DNA of 63,950 bases, the filler included, from Bacteriovoracaceae bacterium (lineage in GTDB: Bacteria > Bdellovibrionota > Bacteriovoracia > Bacteriovoracales > Bacteriovoracaceae): the NCBI GenBank assembly GCA_018649885.1. It is 5 parts of 5 records of this genome, joined end to end, with 100 filler letters (N's around TTAATTAATTAA, not from the genome) between each part and the next. Parts side by side here need not be neighbours in the genome. Positions count along the whole stretch, not along the records: positions 1 to 10,213 come from JABIHA010000004.1; positions 10,314 to 18,147 come from JABIHA010000015.1; positions 18,248 to 48,105 come from JABIHA010000026.1; 2 more parts are not named here. One strand, 5' to 3'. Each line of letters starts with the position of its first letter. Within the stretch, counting starts at the first letter, position 1. Under the pieces are notes generated by a model that ran no database searches, was not told the DNA's origin, and saw only the letters and a program-made list of their open reading frames with translations. The translations under genes and the position numbers were made by a program. Positions 10,043 to 18,440 of this stretch are shown here, piece by piece.

Positions 10043-10159
10043 GTGCGCGGTTAACTGTTAACATGTTAGCGGTTAACAGTGCACGGTTCAGTTTACAGTT
10101 TCCACATCAAGTGTGTGGTACATTTTCCAATGCTATGTGATGTAAAAAGTATCACGCAC
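10043..10159. repeat. Intergenic palindromic repeat family, copy C (occupied by IS4)
   Basis: Shares GCACGGTTCAGTTTACAGTTTC with copies A and B and the 3' block with copy B; ends in GTATCACGCAC directly before the IS end. Confidence 0.85.
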
Positions 10160-10213
10160 GAATGCTACTGCTTTAACAAAATAGTTTCATAATTCTAAAG
10201 ACATACGGCCACG
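10160..10213 (+). mobile_element. Second IS4-family copy, left end only (contig break)
   Basis: 54 bp identical, in reverse complement, to 1084-1137. Confidence 0.85.
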
Positions 10214-10313
10214 NNNNNNNNNNNNNNNNNNNNNNNNNNNNNNNNNNNNNNNNNNNNTTAATTAATTAANNNNNNNNNNNNNNNNNNNNNNNNNNNNNNN
10301 NNNNNNNNNNNNN
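10214..10313. other. Artificial contig linker
   Basis: N-run with TTAATTAATTAA (stops in all frames), 100 bp. Confidence 0.98.
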
Positions 10314-10500
10314 ATGGTGTGTTACTTTCATTTTTTCCTCTCGGGCAAGGGCAAGTGACAATCGGGCAAGTCAACGTATAAGGAAATGGATAGAAGTGAA
10401 TAAGTGATTATACTTCAGTATTGTAAAAAGATGAGGAATGAAAGTAATTTAGTCACAGAAAAGATTGGGCATTTAAGAATATATTCTAAATTAGAATAAA

Positions 10501-12273
10501 TTAAAAATGATCAATTAAACTCAAAAGGTTTTCTTTTCCCACTAAATTAAAATGTCGCCAAGGTGAGATGACCGTATTTTTTGAAAGCTTTGTGGAAATC
10601 TCACGGATGAACTCAAGCTCATTTTGGCCTTTTTGAATTAAGGTGGGATCTTCTGTTTTGGTTAGTGCAAAGCTTTGGTTGATGATCCAGCCAAATGGGC
10701 TGATCCCTGCGCGCTCCAGATCAACTTGCAGTCTTTCGGCCTCATGCATGGGAGTTGCTTCTGCCAGAGTTGTAATGAGTACCTTGGTGAATTTGGGGTC
10801 TCTCAGCCTCGGCAATAGATTGACTACATCTGAAGAGAGCTCTCCTTTGCCGCCAGCAATTTGGCGGTGATAAGACTCGGTGGCGTCTAGTAGAAGTAGG
10901 GTGTGACCGGTTGGAGCTGTGTCTAGTACTACGAACTGATTTTCTCCAAGAGAAACAGTACTCGCAAATGATAAAAAGACTGCCATTTCTTCAATGCATG
11001 GGCTTTTCATTTCTTCTTTGAGAAGCTCCATTTCACTGTCAGACAGTTTGCCTTCATTTTTGGCAATCATATTGGCCACATGTTCTTTGGTTACTTTTTT
11101 AGGATCAATGCGAGATATTTTTAAATTACCGTCACCCTCACTAATCATATCTGTAATATGGGCCGCTGGGTCAGTAGTAGTTAATTGAACGCTGTGTCCT
11201 CTACGGGCAAGCTCAAGGGCAATGGCCGACGCCATGGAGGTTTTCCCCACGCCACCTTTACCCATCAGCATGATTACTCCATTTTTGTCACTTTCAAGTC
11301 CCGTAATAAGCTCGGACCACTTCTCAGTACCACTTAAAGATTGATCTTTTTGTATTTGATCGACTTTGATCGGCCGTTCATCTTTTTTGGGAGTCTCAGT
11401 AAAGGCTGTTGCCAGTGATTCTAGACCTACAAAGCCGCCCGCCCTGAACCTAGATTCCACTCTTGGTAGAGTTGATAAATGTTTGGGCAAATTTTCTACA
11501 GCGTGGTTTGATTTTTCTTCAAAGGACTTGGCCACAAGGTCCGGGCTCAATGCACGAAATAATCCATTTAAGATTAAAAGCTGGTGACACATTCCTTGAT
11601 CATAGAGCTCAACGCTTGCTCTTTCGGCTTCTGAGAGTGAAAGAGGCTCAGGGCGAGATACCAATACCAAAAGGGTTCTATTCTTGTCTTTAAGGGCGTT
11701 TACTGTATTTTCATAATTTGATCTTTGGTTGTTGAGTCCACTGAGTGGTCCGAGGCAGCTATTTCCAGTTTTATTTTCTACGATAAACTCATTCCAAGCT
11801 GATGGTAAATTTAAAAGCCTTAGGGTGTGACCAGTAGGTGCGGTATCAAGGACTATATGATCATAGAGTTCAGTCATTTTTTCATTGCCAATATACTGGG
11901 CAAACTCATTAAAGCTTGCAAGCTCAACAGTGCAAGCTCCGGAGAGTTGCTCTTCAATTGAATCCACGGCCTCATCTGGAAGAACACCTCTATAGGGGGC
12001 CACTACACTTTCGCGGTAGATTTGAGCGGCTTCAATGGGATCTATATTCATGGCATAGAGATTTTTAAGTCCATTAACTTCACATGGTTTACTACTCAGA
12101 GGAGTTCCTAGCACTTCATCAAGGTTTGATGCTGGATCAGTGCTAATGAGAAGCACTTTTTTTCCACTCTTTGCCAGAGCAACTGAAACGGCACTGGACA
12201 TAGAAGTTTTTCCAACCCCGCCTTTGCCTGTAAAAAAAAGAAAACGTGGAGGATTTGTGATCAAGTCATGCAT
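10501..12273 (-). CDS. arsA: Arsenical pump-driving ATPase
   Basis: Two GKGGVGKT P-loops, two DTAPTGH motifs and the metalloid-binding Cys motifs SGACT, SCLGP and SPC. The start overlaps the arsD stop (TAATG). Confidence 0.95.
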   Translation of the reverse strand: MHDLITNPPRFLFFTGKGGVGKTSMSSAVSVALAKSGKKVLLISTDPASNLDEVLGTPLSSKPCEVNGLKNLYAMNIDPIEAAQIYRESVVAPYRGVLPDEAVDSIEEQLSGACTVELASFNEFAQYIGNEKMTELYDHIVLDTAPTGHTLRLLNLPSAWNEFIVENKTGNSCLGPLSGLNNQRSNYENTVNALKDKNRTLLVLVSRPEPLSLSEAERASVELYDQGMCHQLLILNGLFRALSPDLVAKSFEEKSNHAVENLPKHLSTLPRVESRFRAGGFVGLESLATAFTETPKKDERPIKVDQIQKDQSLSGTEKWSELITGLESDKNGVIMLMGKGGVGKTSMASAIALELARRGHSVQLTTTDPAAHITDMISEGDGNLKISRIDPKKVTKEHVANMIAKNEGKLSDSEMELLKEEMKSPCIEEMAVFLSFASTVSLGENQFVVLDTAPTGHTLLLLDATESYHRQIAGGKGELSSDVVNLLPRLRDPKFTKVLITTLAEATPMHEAERLQVDLERAGISPFGWIINQSFALTKTEDPTLIQKGQNELEFIREISTKLSKNTVISPWRHFNLVGKENLLSLIDHF

Positions 12274-12665
12274 TAGCAGCATCCTTCAGTATCATCACAA
12301 CAGCTTTCTTTGTCTTCACTCTTATCTTTAGTTTCTCCGCAGCAGCTACTTTTTGCACTAAGCTCAATACCTAAAAGCTTCGCCAGCTGAGCAGTAGTAG
12401 GATAGATTTCTGACAGCTTTAATTCATCATCTATAAAAATAAACGGCAGTGCATTTGAAGACTTTTCAGCGAGCAGGTTTTTAACCTGCTCATTCTCCAC
12501 AAAGGCACTTGGTTCTTGGGCCAAGTTATATCTTTTAACATCAACGCCTTTTTCAGCAGCTAATTTAACAGCGTTTGCAAACTCTACAAGCTCAGCATCA
12601 ACATCTGTACCACAAACGCCTGTTGAACAGCACATGGCCCCATCATAAATTTTTAGACTCTTCAT
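12273..12665 (-). CDS. arsD: Arsenite metallochaperone
   Basis: AMCCSTGVCG signature, RYNLAQEPSAF and C-terminal CC pairs. Confidence 0.95.
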   Translation of the reverse strand: MKSLKIYDGAMCCSTGVCGTDVDAELVEFANAVKLAAEKGVDVKRYNLAQEPSAFVENEQVKNLLAEKSSNALPFIFIDDELKLSEIYPTTAQLAKLLGIELSAKSSCCGETKDKSEDKESCCDDTEGCC

Positions 12666-13072
12666 TTAACTTTCTCCATAAAACAATCGAGAATGGGGCA
12701 GTCACTTAAGGGAATACTTCTGTCTTCACAACAGTTAGCAAGTCCTTCAAGGGATTTTTTCATTCTCTTCAAGTCTTTTATTTTTTGGTTTATTTCTACA
12801 ATTTTTTCTTCTGTTTTTGATAGCACATCACCACATTTGGCCTGATCCAAAATTTTGAGATCCAGTAATTCTTTTGCCTCACTGAGGGTAAAGCCAAGCT
12901 CCTGGCTTCTTTTGATAAAGCGGATGCGAGTGATAAATTCATGGGGGTAATATCTAAAAGAACCTTGTTTCATAGGCTGTTTGAGAATTCCTTTTCTCTC
13001 ATAAAAGCGGATGGTTTCCACATTCACATTGGAGGCAAGGGCCAATTTTCCGATCGTTAGGCTAGTAGACAT
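12662..13072 (-). CDS. MerR-family metal-responsive transcriptional regulator (Hg-MerR-like, three-Cys type)
   Basis: TIGKLA...VETIRFYERKG HTH; Cys motifs AKC, NCC and CPIL; ATGA overlap with arsD. Confidence 0.92.
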   Translation of the reverse strand: MSTSLTIGKLALASNVNVETIRFYERKGILKQPMKQGSFRYYPHEFITRIRFIKRSQELGFTLSEAKELLDLKILDQAKCGDVLSKTEEKIVEINQKIKDLKRMKKSLEGLANCCEDRSIPLSDCPILDCFMEKVK

Positions 13073-13077
13073 GCCTT

Positions 13078-13109
13078 ATTTTATACCCCGTACCATGGTA
13101 CGGAGTCAA
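13078..13109 (-). promoter_or_regulatory. MerR-type operator/promoter of the merR-arsD-arsA operon
   Basis: Minus strand TTGACT-CCGTACCATGGTACGG-GGTA-TAAAAT: -35, perfect 16-bp palindrome (13088-13103), elongated 20-bp spacer, -10. It closely resembles the Tn21/Tn501 mer promoter. Confidence 0.85.
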
Positions 13110-13340
13110 TGTGTAAAATTTTACAGCTTCTGAAAAATCTTTGTCACTAATTGGAATCTCTCGAAATGATTTAAATAACCGCCAAAAATAATAGACAAGG
13201 GTTTTATGAAGAAATTGCTGAGGGATGTATCTAGAATTTCCCAAATTGTTTACTTTTCAGGTCGAAAACTAATAGATCCTGAGTCTAACTATAAGGTTGC
13301 TGAGGAAGGTATCTTGGAGAAAAACAGTGAGAGAGAGAGT

Positions 13341-13521
13341 GGGGTTGTGGAACAAGTTGTGAAAATATGTTGTTCACGGCGCTTGAAAGCCTCGTCGGGT
13401 CTAGCAAGTAAGGAGAGCGCCTACTATCAATGCAGAGTTTTTTAAGCAGAATAGTTTTTTATTGATGTCTGGCCCTCGCAGGATTTAATTACTGTGGTAG
13501 AAAATTGCTTTTATGGAAAGT
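13341..13521. repeat. Left arm of the long imperfect inverted repeat flanking the HNH gene
   Basis: Aligns to the reverse complement of 14939-15120 (about 80% by manual alignment). Confidence 0.9.
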
Positions 13522-13817
13522 ATTATGTGTGAGTCTGGTGGTATTAATAAGCCTTGATGAGAGTTTTGTGTCTTATGGGTGGTATTCTCGAAGTCGTAAC
13601 TTACGGCATGCTTGTCTTGGTATGTTTCACTTAACTTCAAAACTACACAGTGGGTAGTTCCGTCACAGGCGGTGTTTGGAATTTTTGTTATTTGTTGTCA
13701 ATGTGATGGAGAGAATCTGTGATTGGTTACACAGTATTAAATGTAACCTACGCTCTAGGGTATTGTTTTAGTGCAGCTTGATAGCATGGAAAAAATTGAG
13801 GATGGATTGAGAACTTT

Positions 13818-14687
13818 CTAGCTCTGATTTATGTATAAATCCATTTTTTGCTGAGAAAGTGCCACTATAGCAGCTCTTGTATTACAATTTGAGCACAACT
13901 GGCGCACGTTCCCAATCGTCGATACGCCCCCCAAGCTATATGGGATGATGTGATCAAAGTGCAGGTTGTATTTTGAAGCGCAGTTTTCACACTTGTTACC
14001 TGATCTTGTCATCACAGCTTTTTTGATAGCAGCTGAGATGGCCCTTGTGTTTGTGATTACTTTAGATTTTCTAGAGCCCATACCAATAATCTTTTTTCTC
14101 ATAGACTCTGCCGTAGAATTAATGGCATGCCCGATTACCTCCTCTGGTTTATAGATCCCATTATTAGATAACTGCTCTTTTAAAAAATCATAATCTTTTG
14201 CCGTTTGTCCCACCAAGGTGAGGTGAATGCGAAGGCTTCCATCTGAATGAGAGTGCGTTTTAGATCTTGTGGCACGCTTCTTTCCAGTCAACTCATCTAC
14301 AAGCTCTCTTGTCTGAGTTTGAGTTTTGCCTTTAATGCTATCTAGTATTTCATTTTTCTTTTTTTTGCTTTTAATATTTTCGACTAAATTTGAGACTTCT
14401 GCTAAATTTGTAAGAGTTACTTGCTTGTTTGCCAGAGCTTTATCTGCATAGGGCACATGCCTTAGTGTTTTTGCTGCTAAAACTCTGCGACTTATTTCAC
14501 TATCACTTTTATTAAAATTTTTGCGAATGTATTTAAAGAGTGAACCTGTCTTGTCATCACAAAAAAGCCTTCGTCTATTTACCTCGTTAATGTGACGGAG
14601 GAACTGCCGTGTACAGTGTTCTTCTTTTTCATTCCACATTTTAGTATCTTCAATAAGTCTTTCATCTGATAAATTTTGTAGTGACAA
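13818..14687 (-). CDS. HNH endonuclease with a helical N-terminal region
   Basis: C-terminal CENC...HFDHIIPYSLGG...NVRQLCSNCN. Likely TTG start at 14687 after a GGGAGG RBS. Confidence 0.9.
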   Translation of the reverse strand: MSLQNLSDERLIEDTKMWNEKEEHCTRQFLRHINEVNRRRLFCDDKTGSLFKYIRKNFNKSDSEISRRVLAAKTLRHVPYADKALANKQVTLTNLAEVSNLVENIKSKKKKNEILDSIKGKTQTQTRELVDELTGKKRATRSKTHSHSDGSLRIHLTLVGQTAKDYDFLKEQLSNNGIYKPEEVIGHAINSTAESMRKKIIGMGSRKSKVITNTRAISAAIKKAVMTRSGNKCENCASKYNLHFDHIIPYSLGGVSTIGNVRQLCSNCNTRAAIVALSQQKMDLYINQS

Positions 14688-14834
14688 AACTACCTCCCAA
14701 TAGCAAGCAACATAACATTTTAATTGCATATATTAAATGAAAAGATAAAAAAATGTCTAACAGTAAATCATCAAGAAGGCGTCCAGCACGTGATTTGAGG
14801 GGGGGGGCTTCTCGTAAGAATAAGGCGTTATAAA

Positions 14835-14862
14835 ATACAATATACAATATACAATATACAAT
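14835..14862. repeat. Heptamer microsatellite (ATACAAT)x4
   Basis: Four perfect tandem copies upstream of the HNH gene; a G9 tract lies at 14799-14807. Confidence 0.9.
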
Positions 14863-14938
14863 GGTTAGAGATACCAAAACTCCGCCACTACATGGAAAAA
14901 ATCTCAAAAAGTCCAAACACCACAGACAAAATCAATCC

Positions 14939-15120
14939 ACTTTCATAAAAGCATTTTGCTACCACGGTAATTAAATCCTGCGAGAGCTAGGTATCAATAA
15001 AAAAACTACATTGCTTTTTTAAATTCTACTTTGATAGAAGGCGCTCTCCTTATTTGGTAGACGCCACTAGGTTTTTAAGCGCCGTGAACAATTTATCTCC
15101 TCAATTGATTCCACAAACCC
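14939..15120. repeat. Right arm of the long imperfect inverted repeat flanking the HNH gene
   Basis: Reverse complement aligns to 13341-13521. Confidence 0.9.
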
Positions 15121-15369
15121 ATTTGTCTTTAAATATCCAAATAGGAACTTTTATTCAAGCTGACAATATAAATAGTATTTGGGCAAAGAGTTGACCGTAT
15201 AACTTTGACAGCTTCGAATGGATCTTTTGCTACATTTTTTTGAAAGAACTAAAGATTCCTCTAATATGTAATTCCCATGAGGGTCTTGTTTTATACTCAG
15301 CATTGAAGAAGCGTCTTCAAGGGCCATTAGCTTGTTATCTTCAGTTTTCTTCCCTGAGTAGATATACTT

Positions 15370-16079
15370 TCAGTGAGAGGTAATGATTTCAGATCTTTTC
15401 CCTCTTTTAACTAAGACAACTTTCTCGCGGTGGTTAAGCTCTGCTGACTCATTTACTTTAACTCTTGAGCAGTTCAAGGAGTTAAAATTTACTCCATCAC
15501 CGAGTAGGGAGTCTAAACTATCCGAATTCTGAGCTCGGTGGTTGCGATGGTAGAGATCATCGAGTTTTTCATAGCTTGAGCGTTTGCCAAATATACTAAA
15601 ACCACCTTTAGGTAAATAACTTATAAGCTCAAGTTTCGCTTTGGGATCATCAGTAAAAAGTCTTCCTACTATTTCGCGGGTGGCGTCTGAGTCTGTATGA
15701 CCATACTCATCCCTCATGACCTTGTAGACGGCCTCATGAACATTTAGGCCTGCTTTTGATAGATGATCAAATTCATTAAAAATTCTTATTGAGTAAAAGA
15801 GCTCTTTTTTATCATCCTCATATTTTGCAACATTGACAAAAGCGGGGCCTCCTTCCTCACATAGATCCATCAGCAAGTAATCTCCAAAATCACCAGTCCC
15901 TGGAATTTTTATGGGCCCAATTTTTCTATTGTTAAATACCCACTCAAGCTCTGTATGAACTAGCTTGTATATAACTTCATCTATTTCTTTTAGCTTTAAT
16001 ATTGCCTTAAAAGTTCCAGAATTTCAAATAGACCCAATAGTAAAGTAACGAAATTTGAAAAAAGTACATATGTGATCAT
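15370..16079 (-). pseudogene. Hypothetical protein, probably frameshifted or 5'-truncated
   Basis: The 15370-15876 frame stays open up to 16023 with no start codon. An RBS plus ATG at 16079 opens a short hydrophobic peptide in another frame. Confidence 0.35.
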
Positions 16080-16168
16080 TAACTATTTCTCCCATGTTTA
16101 GAATCTTTTTAAAGAGTAGGATCACCGCATCATTTCAGCGAAAACAATTTTTTTAAAAGGAGACTTAG

Positions 16169-16546
16169 ATGAAATCAATTTTTATTATTTTACTACTTGC
16201 AAGTTACTCGGTGTCTTTATGTGCCAGAGTTAAAAGTCAATGGGTTCACGTGCCTTCACAGGTTTCAGATGAAGCTTATCGTGCAGTTTTGGACCAGTAC
16301 GGCCGTGATGGAACAATTGGAGATATATATAAGCAGGTGGCCAGCCGTGTGAATGATGCTAGAAATATTGATGCTGTTCAAGATTGTTGCGCCATACAGG
16401 GCTGCACAATTTCAAACAACACAAATTATAATACTCAAACATATGAATATGAGTTTCAGGCCGTCTGTGAATGTAAATCACCAGATGGGGGAACTGATAC
16501 TGCTAGAGAAAATGCTGTTAGCGAGTGTGTGAGGCACAGGGATTAA
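16169..16546 (+). CDS. Small secreted Cys-rich hypothetical protein
   Basis: AGGAG RBS, signal peptide, several Cys. Confidence 0.8.
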   Translation: MKSIFIILLLASYSVSLCARVKSQWVHVPSQVSDEAYRAVLDQYGRDGTIGDIYKQVASRVNDARNIDAVQDCCAIQGCTISNNTNYNTQTYEYEFQAVCECKSPDGGTDTARENAVSECVRHRD

Positions 16547-16557
16547 CCAGATTTAAG

Positions 16558-16586
16558 TAGAAGAAGCGGTTTGATCGCTTCTTCTA
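16558..16586. terminator. Probable bidirectional terminator hairpin
   Basis: TAGAAGAAGCG-N7-CGCTTCTTCTA between convergent genes. Confidence 0.65.
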
Positions 16587-16592
16587 TCCTTG

Positions 16593-17231
16593 TCAAAATA
16601 CTAATAACTTTTCTTTTTCTTTTATTTCAGAAATTTCTTTTGCTGTATCAGAAACTAATTGTTCGAGTACATGACCCTTTTTTCTAACTTTGGAGTGTGC
16701 CTTGTAATTATCTTTATCGGTTTGATCGATGTGAGGATTGTTGTAGATAATATTTTCGGCCAGCATAAATCTTTCTTCATAATTTCTGGCCAGCTTGGAG
16801 ACTGTAGAACAAAGATTTTGATTGAGTGAAATTAACCTTTCGTTGATATGCTCCATATATTGATTTCGAAGCGCTCTTTTAATTGAGAGGACAACAATTT
16901 CTTCTTCAAAGGGTTTTTCTAATAAGTCAAAAGCACCCGCGCGCAAAGCCTCAATGGCCATCTTTTTTTCAGCGTGGCCTGTTAGAATGATAAAGTTCAT
17001 TTTGGGATATTTTTCTTTAATATTTTTCAAAAGAGTTAAGCCATTCCATTTTGGCATATTAAAGTCTGAGAGAATTACTAGGGGTTTGATTTTATCAATA
17101 TTTAGAAAAGCTTCTTGTGGGTCTGAAAATGCATGAATCTCAAAACGCTCACTTAAGATGGCATTCAACAATTTAAGCATGGGAGCTTCATCGTCAACTA
17201 TCATTATTGGTCCTAACTTCACTTCGCTCAT
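16593..17231 (-). CDS. Response regulator (receiver domain plus helical tail)
   Basis: IVDDE, LSDFNMP, LTGH and EKPF receiver motifs. Confidence 0.9.
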   Translation of the reverse strand: MSEVKLGPIMIVDDEAPMLKLLNAILSERFEIHAFSDPQEAFLNIDKIKPLVILSDFNMPKWNGLTLLKNIKEKYPKMNFIILTGHAEKKMAIEALRAGAFDLLEKPFEEEIVVLSIKRALRNQYMEHINERLISLNQNLCSTVSKLARNYEERFMLAENIIYNNPHIDQTDKDNYKAHSKVRKKGHVLEQLVSDTAKEISEIKEKEKLLVF

Positions 17232-17471
17232 GGGCCTACCTCAAAATTAGACTTTCTTAGTGGACTTAATTATAGCAAAAACTTTGCTTAACAAAAGACA
17301 ATTTAAATTTAAAAGCAATGCGAAATCATTTCCCATACAAGTCTGTAAAGTGAAAGCCTAAAGTTATTGTAAAATATCTATTACAAAGATGTTCCATATC
17401 ATAGTAAAAGGGTTGTCCTGAAAAAGCCTGTCATAATTGTATTTTTAACGATTTTTCTTGCTGAAATTGCA

Positions 17472-18080
17472 GTGATGATTTTGCTTCATTTTCTAATTAT
17501 AGAGTCACCATTACTCGAAATGTTTTTAGATAGTGTTATTTTGAGCTTACTTATAGCGCCTGTACTTTATATTTTTCTATTTAAGAAAACCAATGAGTTG
17601 TTGTATGAGATAAAAGATAAACAAGAAAAACTTGATATTTTATCTGATATTTCGCAGGACCACAGCTTAAGCGCAACTTTATGTTCTATTTCGGAAGAGT
17701 TAAATATTGACTACATTATTTGGGGGAAACTTTTAAAAAAATCTAATGAAGTAAGAACTCTTGAATTCATTCAGCAAGGGCAAAAAATAGATAATGCAAC
17801 ATATGGCCTTGTTGGAACCCCTTGCGAAATTGCCATTGATTCAAAGAATTGGTGTGTTTACACAGAGGGAGTTCAAGAGGCATTTCCTGAGGACAAACTT
17901 CTTGAGGAATTAGATGTAAACTCATATTTTGGAGCATATTTAAAAAATTCAAGTGGTGAGATCATTGGAATATTTTGTTTTCTGACTAAGAGACCAATAG
18001 ATAAAGATTGGTTAGCGTTCATTCAACTTGCCACAAACAGACATCCCTTTCGTGAGTTAAATTCGATTAAATTTATATGA
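17472..18080 (+). pseudogene. Membrane-anchored GAF-domain sensor fragment, lacking an output domain
   Basis: TM helices then GAF-like YGLVGTPC...FPED...SYFG. The frame ends in an inverted repeat near the contig end. Start uncertain. Confidence 0.55.
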
Positions 18081-18116
18081 TTATATTTAGACCAAGGTGG
18101 CCAGTTGAATAAACGC
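18015..18116. repeat. 20-bp inverted repeat pair
   Basis: GCGTTCATTCAACTTGCCAC (18015-18034) versus GTGGCCAGTTGAATAAACGC (18097-18116), 2 mismatches. Confidence 0.7.
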
Positions 18117-18147
18117 GCAGTGGACTAAAACCGTGGGCAATGAGCAC

Positions 18148-18247
18148 NNNNNNNNNNNNNNNNNNNNNNNNNNNNNNNNNNNNNNNNNNNNTTAATTAAT
18201 TAANNNNNNNNNNNNNNNNNNNNNNNNNNNNNNNNNNNNNNNNNNNN
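18148..18247. other. Artificial contig linker
   Basis: N-run with TTAATTAATTAA. Confidence 0.98.
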
Positions 18248-18440
18248 CCACATATCAATTAGCTTTTGGCCTAAGCTTTTGAAATCATTTTCAGACATGA
18301 AGATATATTAAATGATTAATATTGGTTGGCCTAGGTACAGGGCCCAAAAAAGAGAAAACCTCAGTTTATTGAGTAGTTACTCCTTTTACTCATCTCCCAG
18401 TATACATGGCCATCACTTTGGGGTATGAGTCTACCTATCT

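Noticed and set aside
3361..10159. Intergenic repeats as integron attC sites
   Set aside because: No clear RYYYAAC/GTTRRRY boundaries, flanked genes point both ways, and no integron integrase is present.
1138..10159. A proven composite transposon
   Set aside because: The outer IS ends and outer flanks are not in the window; independent insertions at a shared target explain the data equally well.
10214..10313. TTAATTAATTAA palindromes within N-runs (also at 18148, 48106, 61513)
   Set aside because: Artificial contig-joining linkers; genes on either side should not be treated as neighbours.
13206..13445. 79-aa ORF (and the 84-aa ORF at 14662-14916)
   Set aside because: No recognisable motifs; they overlap the inverted-repeat or microsatellite region, and the frame is not preserved in the other arm.
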